Shown here: in pieces, positions 1 to 12,735 of the stretch
Numbering within the stretch: position 1 is the stretch's first letter
Layout of the letters: each line of letters begins with the position of its first letter
Assembly: GCF_039654945.1 (NCBI RefSeq)
Contig: NW_027361687.1
Coordinates: 62,372,001-62,436,000, forward strand
Source: Dendrobates tinctorius
Lineage: Eukaryota
Direction: 5' to 3'
DNA: 64,000 nucleotides
Position numbers and translations under genes: made by a program
Notes under the pieces: generated by a model
The model's database searches: none
Seen by the model: only the letters and a program-made list of their open reading frames with translations
Told to the model about the DNA's origin: nothing

Positions 1-2
1 TT

Positions 3-1428
3 GATGTTGAGTCCCTATATACTAACATAAAGCATATTGATGGCCTACGTGCCGTACGATTCTATCTGACCACCTCCACTATTCCAGTGGGACTTAGGGA
101 CCCCATCCTGGAGCTCTTAGAGTTCACTCTCACACACAACTTTTTTGTGTTTAAGGGATCCTTCTACCTACAGCTCCAGGGGACCGCCATGGGTGCGGCC
201 TTTGCGCCATCCTATGCTAATCTCTTCCTGGGGCTGTGGGAGAGGGACCTCTTCCTGTCTGATAAACACGGGTTGATTGAGCGTGTCCATTTATGGGCAC
301 GCTACATCGACGATATCTTCTTTATCTTTCAGGGCAGCTCCATCGACCTCCTGCAATTTATATCCACCTTGAAAAGTAATGATCTGAATATCAAGCTTAC
401 ATTGACTTGGGATCCGGCAAAAATCAACTTTTTGGATGTTTCCATTAGAAAGGATATAGAAGGAACAATTCAGACTGATGTCTACCGTAAGGAGACATCT
501 ACTAATACCTTACTCCATGCCTCATCTTGCCATCTGCATCATCTCATTAAAGCTATCCCTGTGGGGCAGTTCTTACGACTCCGTCGTATTTGTTCCACTA
601 ATGCAGATTTTGAAAATCGTGCTAATGAATTAAAAACTCGGTTTCTATCACGTGGATATAGTAAACGGAGTGTTAAAAAGGCCTACCAACGTGCTAAACA
701 TGTAACTCGTAATGATCTACTCTACAGGGATTGCAATAAATCTAAGGGGAATGATGTTGTGAGATCACCCCCAACATGGAATGATGCGTGATGCAATGAG
801 AAGGGCTTGGCCCATCCTTATGGTGGATCCTATTCTGAACTAATTTCTCCCGGAGTATCCGTCCATCACCTATAGAACGGCTAGGAATCTACGTGATCAG
901 TTGGTGGCTAGCCATTATGTTGACCATCCAGTACATACTTTCTTGGATTATCTTCCGATTAAACATGGGTGTTTTCCTTGCGGCAGATGTATAGCCTGCC
1001 CCAATATCGAACGGAGTACCTCGTTTACTAACTTTGATGGTACCAAGACATTTTCCATCAAGCAACGTATATCATGTACCACTCAGTACGTGATATACTA
1101 TGCCACCTGCCCGTGTGGACTCATCTATGTGGGCATGACCACACGGCTGTTGAAAGTACGCACAAGGGAGCATGTCTTGGGCATACTGGCTGCTGCCGCT
1201 TGTACTGATGATTCAAGTTTGAAGACGCTACCCAGGCATTTCAAGGAATTCCATCAGTGCAATGCTACACTCCTTAGAGTAAGGGGTATTGATGCTCTTA
1301 ACATCAATATAAGGGGTGGTAAACTGTCTAATCATTTGGCTAGGTCAGAAACTAGATGGATCTGGACCTTAGGTACCATTCATCCACGTGGATTAAATGA
1401 AAATATTTCATATGCCCCATACTTGTAA
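3..1428 (+). pseudogene. Disrupted Penelope RT-GIY-YIG polyprotein (5' end outside window)
   Basis: RT motifs DVESLYTNI and YIDD plus a C-terminal GIY-YIG domain, split over two frames. Confidence 0.85.
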
Positions 1429-2468
1429 TTCAATCTGGGTGGACACTAATGTGAGCATTGTGGTCTTGTGCTTCTAGATTTTATTATATATATTTTATAT
1501 CTTTATAGTGATTTGAATATGACTCATTGTCTCTGGAAATTGTGGAAGTTGTCCGAAGGTTCTCTTGAATCACAAAAGCTGCTTGACGGATTAAATCCAC
1601 GATGACGTCTTTTGAAATGTTGTGTGTGTTTTATATACATATGGGGTAGTGTGTACCTACCTACTTTGTAGTGATGGGTTTTGGTGCCACCCACATTGGC
1701 ATATAGCCTATATGTATTTTGCATCTTAAATTTTGTCAATTATATTTTGTAATTTTTTGTGTTTTGTATTATTTATTATTTATATATATACATATATATA
1801 TTTGTGTGTATCTCCAGATATTCCTCATTTACGTGCAGTTATATGGGGGGTACTTTTCGATGGTTCTTATGTACTTTGGCATGTAGTGATTGTGATATAC
1901 ACTTTCTATACCATTGTGGCTATATCTACATATGGATACAATTTTTATATTTATTTTTATATATTATACATCGGACATTGAGTTTTGTCTAATTGAGAGT
2001 CCTTTTTTAGCTCCAAACTTGACTGATAATAGTAATCTATATGTAACCATATGCTATAGATGTGGCCAATCTAGGAATATGTGGAATATGTTAATCTAGT
2101 CCCACATGCAATATCATGCTTCTTGTCCGTATGCCACTCTTTTGTGTACTGATTAACATTTAGCACCCGGACGTTATATCTTGTCTATGTACACACAATG
2201 ATTATTGTTTGGTGCACCGTGTTTTGTTTGCCCTCACCCCTGCCCTTTTTAGATATGGCGGCTTTGACGTGACGCCGTCTGTGCGCATGCGCACTGTCCG
2301 TCGGGCAGTCATCTGTGTTCCTTGCTTGGTGTGCTGGATCACGTGGGCCCGCGTGCTTCCGGTGGCGCCGTAGCATGAATCCGGCTGGTGCGTGATGGGC
2401 AGTCCGTGCACATAGACGGCCTCCGGCGCGTGCGCTATATAAACCTGGTGGTCGCGCCCTTTTCCACG

Positions 2469-2512
2469 CCCCCTGAGGAAGGAGCTTTTTGGCTCCGAAA
2501 CGCGCGTCGGGG
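2469..2512 (+). ncRNA. Minimal type I hammerhead ribozyme (Penelope-associated)
   Basis: CCCC-CTGAGGA-A-GGAGC-TTTTTG-GCTCC-GAAA-CGCGC-GTC-GGGG. Conserved core, 5-bp stem II, palindromic stem III (ACGCGCGT, 2500-2507), GUC cleavage triplet ending at 2508, and stem I CCCC/GGGG. Confidence 0.85.
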
Positions 2513-3226
2513 ACTGGACCGACCTCACTGCCACCACTGCTTCCAGGTACTTTAATGTAGCTATCAGCTATTCTATTTGTGATGCTCTTTGAGCATCAGT
2601 CGAGTTATGATGTGTGTTCTTAACTGTCAGGGAACCTTTCCAGCCTACATAAGGGCAGTAGCACTTGCTACATGGTGATGTTTCATAACACTCCTTGCTA
2701 CATTATTTTCTATGTGTCCCTGACTCATCATTAGTACTTTGCAATCATTTTTGGCACATTGCTGTTTTCCTGATGTTGTGCCTGCAGTGTGGCTGGTCCT
2801 ATGACCACTGTGTTTCTACATTTGCTGTTCCTCCCTACCCATGCACTGTATGTCCATAATTTTTAAATACTATTCAATAAAATATTGCATTTTATGGATT
2901 CTTTGACTGCTGGTTCTCTTTGGGTAGTTTCTAGTAAATGTGCAGTTTTCCTACATTGTCCTGCTTTATTATGTGGATCATGATATACAATATATATTAT
3001 TGATCATCCCTTTATGGCCATTATAATCGTTGATTTTTTTTGGCCTCCACATTAATATGTCTATCACCTATTTATTCTGTAGTGATTCATGCATATGGGG
3101 CCACCAGAGGATTCTCCTGTGGGCCAGTCCGAGCCTGATTACACCTTACAGTACATGCTGATAGATGTTTTGAGGAAAAAAAAAAAGGTTTTATTTGGAG
3201 AAGTTTACTTTAGGATCTGCTTCAAA

Positions 3227-3657
3227 ACATTCTAGATAAGATGTCGTTACATCATTCTTATGAGAAATCGCACGCAATCGCGAATAATTATTTTGATAAG
3301 TTTAGCAAAAGATGGGACTCTTGGGCCAAATTTACGCCATGATCTTTAGTATAAAGGTCCTCTTTTTGGGTCCAAAAGTTTCATCCACATATTCTCTTTG
3401 CATAACTCCATGTGACGAAGTTAATTTTTCTCTGCATTATAATAAGGTAATATCCTACTGTCAAGGATAAATATATGTATGTACATATCTTTGCTCTGAA
3501 ATGTAACGTTACTGTTATATTTTCCCCCTTTCTTTCCATCTGTTTTACCCTTTGTATGTCTTTAATAAAGCAATGTATACCTCTCTCCAAAAACCCTATT
3601 ACCTTTACCTTCCCCTTATCGTTGTATCATAAAACTTCAATAAAGTTATTTTGAAAA
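3227..3657 (+). mobile_element. 5'-truncated L1/Tx1-like LINE 3' end with 15-bp TSD
   Basis: The direct repeat AGGATCTGCTTCAAA occurs at 3212-3226 and 3658-3672. The insert encodes an ORF2-like C-terminus (EKSHAIANNYFDKFSKRWDSW), then an AT-rich UTR, AATAAA and a short A tail. Confidence 0.75.
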
Positions 3658-4420
3658 AGGATCTGCTTCAAAGAAAGATGCACAAAAAAAAATACCTGAA
3701 GTGAAAAAAAACCCTATAAAAAAACGCCTCATGGGAAGAGCTAAGTGGTAATGTCCAGGAACGTGAGGTAATATGAAACCCATGAGCTGCATCCTGCTCA
3801 CCAATAAAGCCATGGAGCTCCCGTCACCATCAGCAAATCATGACGTCTCTCCGGTGGTTTCCTCGGGTCCTGCTCACACTTCGTACTACAATGATGGAGT
3901 GAAGGCCACGGTTATGGTCAGGTTCTGCTGCTAAGAGCTGTAACGATAAAGTCACACGGGGCAGATGTTTCCTGCCGTGGGTTGGATATGATTTCATGTT
4001 AAAAACTAAATAGATTAAAAATATTTTATGTGTGGATTTTGCTACAGATACAACATTTCTCCCTTCTACATTGTGAAAAATCTTAGTTACTTACCGGTAA
4101 CAGGATTTTACGGAGCCCGTTGCAGCACCACCTGAGAGAGGGTATCTGCCCACCAGGACAGGAAACCTACTGAATAAGAACCCTCCTCCACATCAGTTTG
4201 GTTGCAGAGCAGGCGAGGACCTCCAGACAGTAGCATAACCATCACCAAATACATTTCTCTTAACACCCTTAATAGTGCATACCACAAGTGACAAAGCGGG
4301 GGAGGGAATATAAGGGTGCTGTCATGGGCTCTGTAAAATCCTGTTACCGATAAGTAACTAAGATTTTTTCCCTTCTCCCATGACAGCACCACCTGAGAGA
4401 TTTATTTAGATCAAAGCATC

Positions 4421-5039
4421 CTAGGGAGGGATCACTGCTTGCAATACCTTTCTCCCAAAAGACAGGTCAACAGAGTAGGACAGTTTGAGGCGATAGTGTC
4501 TATAGAAGGTGGAAGGGGAAGACCATGTGGCTGCCTTACATATCTTGTGGGTTGACACCTCCGCTCTTTCAGCCCAGGAGGTCGCCATAGCCCTGGTGGA
4601 ATGGGTTTTCAGATTTCCAGGAACTGGCCTATTACTAGAGGTGTAAGCTAAGCTAATGGCGTCCCTTATCCATCTAGCTTGTAACACCACACCCCTTCCT
4701 GATTCCCTGGAATTACACAAATAAGGCCTCATGCTTCCTCCATTGCCTAGTTCTGTCTAAGTACTGCACCAAGGCCCTCCTGACATCTAATTTGTGAAGT
4801 TTGCATTCCTCTGCAGTCTTTGGTTCACTATAGAATGAGGGAAGAACTACCTTCTGACTCCTAAGAGACTTCGAGGCCACTTTGGGGAGATACGCTGGAT
4901 CTGGCCTCAAAACCACTCTATCATCTAATACCTGCATAAAAGGATGATTAATAGATAGGGCCTGCAAATCACTAACTCTGCGGGCCGACGTCAGGGCCAC
5001 TAGAGTCACCGTTTTTAGTGCTAGTATCTTATCTGGCAC
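4421..5039 (-). pseudogene. DIRS tyrosine recombinase, frameshifted
   Basis: Catalytic R..HxxR..Y motifs are spread over ORFs 4713-5039 and 4421-4732. Confidence 0.85.
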
Positions 5040-5096
5040 CTCATGTACGGGCTCAAAGGGCGATTTTGTTAAGGCTTCCAGGACTAAATTTAAATC

Positions 5097-6538
5097 TCAT
5101 GTAGGCATTTTTGGAGCTGGCATAGGCCTAGACCTCTGGCATGCTTTAAAGAACCTGAGCACCCATCTATCCTGCATCAGCGCACTGGTAACTAACGAAC
5201 ACAGCGTCGCCGCCAGCAATCCTGACACGTTGCTCCCTAAAGATTCACAATCTGTTGAAAGATAGATGAATCCAGTTCCCATTCCCCGTTTTAAGGTTGT
5301 CCGGCTGAGGAAATCTGCTTCCTCATTCTCCTTGCCCTTTATGTGTAGGGCCGATATTTGCAGCTGATGTTTCTCCATAACCTGGAGAATTTACCGAGCT
5401 AGCCGCATTAGGGGCTGGGATCTTGTGCCCCCCTGGTAATTGATATAAGCTACAGAACTTCGATTGTCCAAATTATTCGAACGTGGCTCCCTTCTAAATG
5501 GGGAAGGAACTCTATCATTGCAATGTTTATTGCTAGCAGTTCCCTGTAGTTTGAGGAACCACCTGCTTCTACCCATGACCAGATTCCCTGATTTATATGG
5601 TCCCTGAGATGCGTGCCCCATCCTTACACTCTTGCGTCTGTCACTATCACATCCGATATTTGGAGGAACCATGGAACGACCCCACAATAGATTCCCTTGA
5701 TCCAGCCACCAGGTCATGGAGTTTACTGCTTCCGGGGAGAGCACAATCTTTCCCTTTAGACGTCCGGCAAGCTTCCTTCCTCCCTCTAGGACATCCTGCT
5801 GAAAGGCCCTGGAATGACACTGGGCCCACTGCACTGCTTGAATGCATGATGTCATTGATCCTAAAAGGGACATGGCTTTTCTCAGAGGCATGATGGGGTT
5901 GGTCAATACTGCTGACACTAGAGCTATAATCCTGTCTTTCTTTTCCTCTGGTAGGAGACAGACAGACCTGCTTCTCTGAGTCCAAAATAAGCCTTAAGAA
6001 GAGTTGAACCTTCAGGGACTGCATCCTCAATTTTTCAATATTTATTATCCAACTGAGTTTTGACATAGTGGCTTGAATGTGATTTGGTTGAGAGCAGTAT
6101 TCGTGTTCTGTTCTGCCGATCACTAAAAAATCGTCTAGATATGGCACTACTAGCACATCCTTTTCCCGTAAATGTGCCGTCACCTCCAGAACAATCTTGG
6201 TGAAGATTCTCAGAGCCATGGCCAGACCAAAGGGCAGAGCCCTGTACTGGAAATATCTGAGTTGTCTGTTTATATATACCGCTACCCTTAGGAATTGCTG
6301 GTCTTCCTGATGAATGGGGACATAGTAATATGCATTCTTTAAATCCAAGACACTCATGTAAGAGACAGAGAACAAAATCTTTATTGCTGTCTTTATCGAC
6401 TCGATTTTGAATGGTCTGTAGACCAGGAACTTGTTGAGGCCTTTCAGATTGATTATCAAAAACGGGAGAATAAAATCCCCTCCCCTGCTGCTGAACAGGC
6501 ACCTCCACCAGTACCCCCTTTTGAAGTAAGAACAACAC
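5097..6538 (-). pseudogene. DIRS reverse transcriptase/RNase H, frameshifted
   Basis: Motifs FYSP.F, LDLKNAYY, LPFGL, YLDD, DN.S.VAYIN.QGGT and HIKGKEN..ADFLSR. Confidence 0.85.
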
Positions 6539-9109
6539 TTCTGCTTCCAGAGCCTGTTGTTCCTTCCAGGATCTGGGGGATGAGATCCTAAAGCTGAGCC
6601 TGGGGGGTGGATGTGAACTCTAGTCTCAGCCCTGGTCTTATTATACTGAGCACCCAGGCATTGGCCGAGATTCCCTCCCAGGCAGTTTGGAATTGGGACA
6701 GCCTTTCTCCTACTTGGGACCGCCCATCACTTGTAGCATTTTCGGCTCCTCGTCGAGGAACCCCCAACCATGAATCTCTTTTTCTTCGGTTTCTTATCCC
6801 TCCAGTCGCCCTGTTCCTTGGAGAGTCTACTCCTGCTATACCTTCTGCTACAAAAGGAACTTTTAAACTGAGCACGGGACACACTAGTTTAACCTTTCTT
6901 CTTGTCTGCTGCCTTATTGAGAATATCGTCCAGAGCTTGACCAAAAAGATATTTCCCTTCACACAGGATAGATCATAGCCTAGTTTTGGACTGAGCATCT
7001 CCCAGCCAGCCTTTGGCAGCATTAAAGAGGTTTGCTGGTCTTGCCGCTAACCTAACAGAGTCGGACGAGGCATCGGCCAAAAAGGAAGCTGCTCCCTGCA
7101 ACAGCAGAAGATCCGCCAGGTTCTTCTCTCTTGGGGTGTTGTCTCTTAGATGGTCGCCAAGCTGCTGTAGCCACACCATCATTGATCTTGCCTTGCAGAT
7201 TGCTGCTATCGCTGGCTTTAACGAGTCTGCTGCTGACTCTCAGGCTTGTTTTAGGAAGACCTCTGCCTTCTTGTCTAAGGGATCCCTTAGAGTCCCTAGG
7301 TCTTCAAAGGGCAACATAGATTTTTTTAACTGACTTAGCAACTGCAACGTCAATTTTTGGGGTCTTTTCCCATATGCTCCCCTCTTCCTCATCAAAAGGA
7401 AATTTCCTTTTTGAAGAAGATGGTAGTGGCCCTTTCCGGACCTTTCCACTCCTTATTAATGAGCATCTTGATGTTTTCATTAACCGGAAAGGAAAGCCTC
7501 TTCCTTTGACCCAAGCCCCCAAACATAATGTCCTGAACTGTCTTGGTTGGCTTGGGATCAGATGTGTCCACAGTGGACCTTATTGCCCCAATCAGCCTGT
7601 CAGTATCCTCAGCTGGGAAGCAGGGCCTACCCCCCTCCCCCGTGTGTCCTCATCAGAGGATGACTCCGTTGGGTCCAAACTATAACCCTTGAACTCTACT
7701 GATCCTTCAGACTCTGACGATAGTGGTTCGGGCTTCTCCTCTTCTCTTTGCCTCATCAGGTGTTTTAAGGACTCCTATACCTCCGATCTCATGATGGCTT
7801 TTAGGTCCATAGCAAACCCGGGGGTTTCTTCTGAGACTGTCTGCTGTATATACCCAGGACAGAGTCTCTTATTATAAGTGCTGGGTAGATCCCCTTTGCA
7901 CAGGGTACACTCCCTATTGTTCTCCTTGGAACTACATTTCAGGCGCCTTCCCTAGCAAAGGAATACACAAAGGGGCCTGTTTTAATACAGTGCACTTTCA
8001 CGTAGATCATTCACTATTCAGCTGATCAATCTACAGTACCAGAGACAGAGGCTGAGCTGGTTCAGAAGAACGTCTCCTCCTGGTGGTGGGATCGTAACAT
8101 GCCTTGCTCTTCAGGCTGGTCCTGCTGCTTGTACGACTGCCATTGCGCCTTTGCTGATGCTGCGGGGGCCGCTGAAAAGGCTCCTGTGTCGACTGCAACG
8201 GAGATGGTGGTAGTGGGGGTGGCTGCTGCAACTCATCCATGATGTGGATTCTGTAGGAAATGCCACCATCTTCCTGGCACTTCCCTTTAAATATTGTGTG
8301 GCCCCGCCCATTTCTTCTCGTGAATTTTTAAATCAAGCACGCTGTGTGCAGGGATTCCTCTAACCCTGCGCAGACCCGGATGACCACTTAAGTCCCCGGC
8401 GTGCTACGTCACCGGGACACGCCGGATATCCTCCTGCGTCCCGTGCAAACCCGGGTGGCCTCGCTTTCCTGCGCACTCGGCTCCAGGCCATGCCGGCTTC
8501 CCCGGCATCGCTGGGGTGCTCCTGCAACCCCCAGTGCGTGCAGCCCCGGGACACGTGTCGGTCCAAGAGGTCTCAGCCTGCAGGGCGCTGCACCACTCTG
8601 TCGGTCACAGTTACCTCACCCACGGATGGCATCCTATGTTCCCAGACACCCTCCCAGGTAAGCGTACTGCTTCATCCGCAGGTTCCCACGAGGACAGGAA
8701 ACCGAACTGATGTGGAGGAGAGGTACTGCCTTTTTATGCAGTATGTTTCCTGTTTGGTGGGTGGATGCCCTCTCTCAGGTGGTGCAGTCATGGGAGAAGG
8801 GAAAAAAAAAAATAGTGTTTTTGCTTTATGTGGACAAGGTATTCAAAGCAAATCCCTCCCCTGCCGCGGTAGAGGCCATCTCCTGTCCCATCCCTTGTCG
8901 GGTATTCTCACATTTGATATCCTAGAGAGACTGCCAGATTATACATGTGGTGCTGATGCCACTGCTGAAACTCTCTGGGCTCCAAAATATTTATTTCTGT
9001 GGCACCCCCTACAGCCTATTGTCTGTGGATGCGGAGTTATAGGAGGACATTTTCTTCCTCTGGTGTGTGGGAGCAGCCGGATGGCAAGACAAAATACAGA
9101 GACTGTATA

Positions 9110-11097
9110 GAGTTGGGGAAAAAAAAAAGCATTTAGCCATCAATTGTGCAAGTTCTCCCACTTGAAAAGATGAGAGAGGCCTGTAATTGACATCATAGGT
9201 AGACCACAACTATGAGAGTCAAAATGAGAAAACAAATCCAGAAAATCACCTTGTCTGATTTGGCAAGATTTATTTTTTAAATTCTGGTGGAAAATAAGTA
9301 TTTGGTCATTAAAAGTTCATCTCAATATTTTGTTATATATCCTTTGTTGGCAATGACAGAGGTCAAACGTTTTCCTGTAAGTCTTCACAAGGTTGGCACA
9401 CACTGCTGGTGGTACGTTTGCCCATTCCTCCATGCAGATCTCCTCTAGAGCAGTGATGTTTTGGGCCTGTCGCTGGGCAACACAGACTTTCAAATCCCTC
9501 CAAAGGTTTTCTATGGGGTTGAGATCTGGAGACTGGCTAGGCCACTCCAGGACCTTCATATGCTTCTTAGGCTAGGTTTACATTGCGTTAGGGGCATCCG
9601 TTTATCGGATCAGTTAAACGGATGCGCTAACGCTGATGTCAATTTTGGCATCTTTTGTGCCCTTGCTCTAACGCATGGCAGCAGTTCGCTACCATGCGAT
9701 AGCCCATACATGTCTATGCACAGCGAACGCATCCGTTCGCTGTGCGCTAGACCCGACGCACCCCCAAATGCTGTAGACAGCGTTTGAGGGTGCGTCGTGA
9801 AGTGACCCATCATCTCTAACACATGCTGATTTTGGCATGCGTTACGATGTGCTACTGTCATCGTGGGCAATGGGTGTGTTAACGCATCCAATACATAGCA
9901 TTAGTGCCGCAATGTAACAGATCCCTAACGCAATGTGAACGCAGTCTAACAAAGCCACTCCGTTGCCCTGATGGTATACTTGGGATCATTATCATGCTGA
10001 AAGACCCATCCACGTTTCATCTTCAATGCTCTTGCTGATGGAAGGAGGCTTGCACTCAAAATCTCACAATACATGGCCACATTCATTCTTTCATGTACAA
10101 AGTTCAGTCATCCTTGTCCCTTTGCAGAGAAATAGCCCCAAAGCTGATGTTGCCACCCCCATGCTTCACAGTAGGTATGGTGTTCTTTGGATGCAAGTTC
10201 GCACTCTGTCTCCTCCTAACACAAGTAGTTTTGTTTCTACAAAACAGTTCTACTTTGGTTTCATCAGACCGTATGACATTCTCCCAATACTCTTCTGGAT
10301 AACCCAAATGCTCTCTAGCAAACTTCAGATGGGCCCAGACCTGTACTGGCTTAAGCAGGGGGACACGTCTGGCCCAGACATGTACTGGCTTAAGCAGGGG
10401 GACGCATCTGGTACTGCAGGAGCTGAGTCCCTGACGGTGTAGTGTGCTACTGCTGGCAGCCTTTGTTACAGTGCTCCCAGCTCTATGCAGGTCATTCACT
10501 AGGTCCCCGCCATGTGGTTCTGAGATTTTTGCTCACCGTTCTTGTGATCATTTTGACCCCACAAGGGGAGATTTTGTGTGGAGCCCCAGATCGAAGGAGA
10601 TTATCAGTGGTCTTGTATGTCTTCCATTTTCTTATTATTGCTCCCACAGTTGATTTCATAACACCAAGCTGCTTGCCTATTGCAGATTCAGTCGTCCCAG
10701 GCAGGTACAGGGCTACAGTTTTGTTTCTGGTTTCCGTCGACAGCTCTTTGGTCTTCACCACAGTGGAGTTTGGAATGTGACTGAGATTGTGGACAGGTGT
10801 AATTTATACTAAGTTCAAACAGGTGCCATTACTACAGGTAATGAGTGGAGAACAGAGAAGCTACAGGTCTGTGAGAGCCAGAAATCTTGCATGGTTTTTA
10901 GGTGACCAAATACTTATTTTCCACCATAATTTGCAAAATAAATCTTGCAAAATCCGACGAGGTGATTTTCTGGATTTGTTTTCTCATTTTGACTCTCATA
11001 GTTGTGGTCTACCTATGATATCAATTACAGGCCTCTCATTTTTAAGTGGGAGAACTTGCACAATTGGTGGCTGACTAAATACTTTTTTCCCCCACTG
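9110..11097 (-). mobile_element. Tc1 DNA transposon (long TIR type), defective
   Basis: ~200 bp TIRs with TA flanks (9108-9109 and 11098-11099). Transposase fragments VKTKELS, WENVIRSDETK, TVKHGGG and [15 protein letters not shown] lie in different frames. Interrupted by a MITE. Confidence 0.9.
9570..9946. mobile_element. PIF/Harbinger-type MITE nested in Tc1
   Basis: TIRs GGCTAGGTTTACATTGCGTTAGGG / CCCTAACGCAATGTGAACGCAGTC with TTA/TAA flanks. Removing it restores contiguous Tc1 sequence. Confidence 0.8.
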
Positions 11098-12105
11098 TAT
11101 GTGAGGTGTCAGTGCGGCAGCAGTGGTCAAGCTGTCCCAGTATGCTGTCTAATAAAGGGCACTCACTTGCAGGCCAAACGTCCGCTGTCTCCAGTTCATA
11201 TTCAGGAGCCGCCGCACACATCAGGGGACACTCCGGCCATTTCAATACAGTTTACTTGACTGTTCTGGTTCATCAGATTGTTACTCGCAGTACCAGGCAC
11301 AGCGCCCTCTGGTTCTTGCTGTCCGTTCATGGACTATCCCCACGCTCACTTATACACAACTGCATGGGGAATCCCTGAGGCTGACCGGACCATTACAGAG
11401 TTCCCTAACCTTTCCCACACGAGGTTCCACGTTCATCTTCCTCTGTTGAGGTGCTCTCTATGGCTACTGTCTTGAACCTTGAGCTATGAATGTTGCAGGA
11501 ATGTGCACAGGGAATATTGTAAGGCCTCATACTGACCAGAATAATATGTGCTCACTTTTGCTATAGGCCCACTGCACCTTGAACATGACTTTGTTATACT
11601 AGCTAACGAACTCAAAACTCACACTATCCAGGAAGCACTGTCCCTATCACTAAGCCTTTCCTCCCTGGGCTAGTCCAAATACTCAACTAAATCTCTTCCT
11701 GCAGCTGGGCAGATCTCCTTTACAAACACTAGAATGGAGCAGTATATCTGACTTGACTACTGATCCATTAATTCCCTACTGGCCGCCAAGTGCAGCACTT
11801 CGCTTTTTCTGACAGCTAAAAGAGGATAGAGCTTCGGTCAGACATCCGACCCACTGCTGCATTTTAAAATGGGGATAAAAGTTCCCCATTCCTCCAATCA
11901 TTGTGCTTTCCAGAGATCAATAAATTATCACCTTCCTAACCTGTGGATCGCTGATAACTCGTTTTCATCAAAGAACCCTTTACTGCAAGCTACCGTAATT
12001 GTATATCCCAGTTATGGGGGCGCACAGGAGATGTGAAGGAGCAGACGGTGTTTTATAGTCGACTCTCCACTATATCGGGGATAACTGCTTACAGATATTT
12101 GCACA

Positions 12106-12735
12106 TTATTATTTATATAGCACCATTGATTCCACGGTGCTGTACATGAGAAGGGGTTACATACAAATTACAGATATCATTTACAGTAAACAAACTTACA
12201 ATCATTTTAGCAGATTGAGGAAGGGACGGATTCTGGAAATATTTTTGAGCTGGAGGCGACGGGAGGTAGAAAGAGCTTGGATGTGCAGTTTGCAGGACAG
12301 GGCAGAGTCAAAGGTTACTCCAAGGCAGCAGACTTCCGGTACAGAGGAAAGTGTGATGTCATTAATTGTTATAGCTAGTTCGGGTAAGGAAGATCTGTGA
12401 GATGGAGGAAAGATGAGTTCAGATTTGTCCAAACTGAGCTTGAGGAAGCGAGAGGAGAAGAAGGAGGATATCTCTGATAGACACTCCGGGATTCTGGAGA
12501 GCAGAGAGGTGACATCTGGGCCAGAGAGGTAGATCTGAGTGTCATCAGCATAAAGGTGGTAGTGGAATCCGTGGGACTTTATGAGTTGCCCCAGGCCAAG
12601 TGTATAGATTGAGAAGAGTAGGGGTCCTAAAACAGAGCCTTGGGTGACTCCAACAGAGAGAGGGTGGGATGAGGAGGTGGTGTGGGAGACGCTGAATGTG
12701 CGGTTGGAAAGGTATGAGGAGATCCAGGATAGGGC
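12106..12735 (-). mobile_element. L2-clade LINE 3' fragment
   Basis: The minus strand encodes [35 protein letters not shown] (TAA)n-like tail and 3' stem-loop lie at 12106-12140. Confidence 0.75.

Larger units (their letters stand above)
1..2900 (+). mobile_element. Penelope-like retroelement (PLE): 3' part of RT + GIY-YIG endonuclease, then 3' UTR/pseudo-LTR region
   Basis: The frame starting at nt 3 reads DVESLYTNI, then GTAMG and RYIDD (RT motifs, continuing into ORF 87-791). ORF 901-1428 has CGRC..C and VIYYATC..CGLIYVGMT..R..EH (GIY-YIG). A GC-rich terminal region has TATATAAA at ~2436, a hammerhead at 2469-2512 and AATAAA at 2876. The ORF is broken by a frameshift/stop near 770-843. 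The 3' boundary is approximate. Confidence 0.9.
4076..8806 (-). mobile_element. DIRS1-like tyrosine-recombinase retrotransposon, full length, ORFs degraded
   Basis: Inverted terminal repeats at ~4115-4205 and ~8705-8790. An internal complementary region at 4315-4399 matches both termini. Minus-strand fragments are gag-like (6973-7522), RT (YLDD, 5647-6538), RNase H (5097-5918) and YR (ARRVSDL, HSTRA, FYRHY; 4421-5039). Confidence 0.92.

Noticed and set aside
10333-10411. 39-bp in-frame tandem duplication in a Tc1 transposase
   Set aside because: It lies in a dead copy; ordinary post-insertion slippage.
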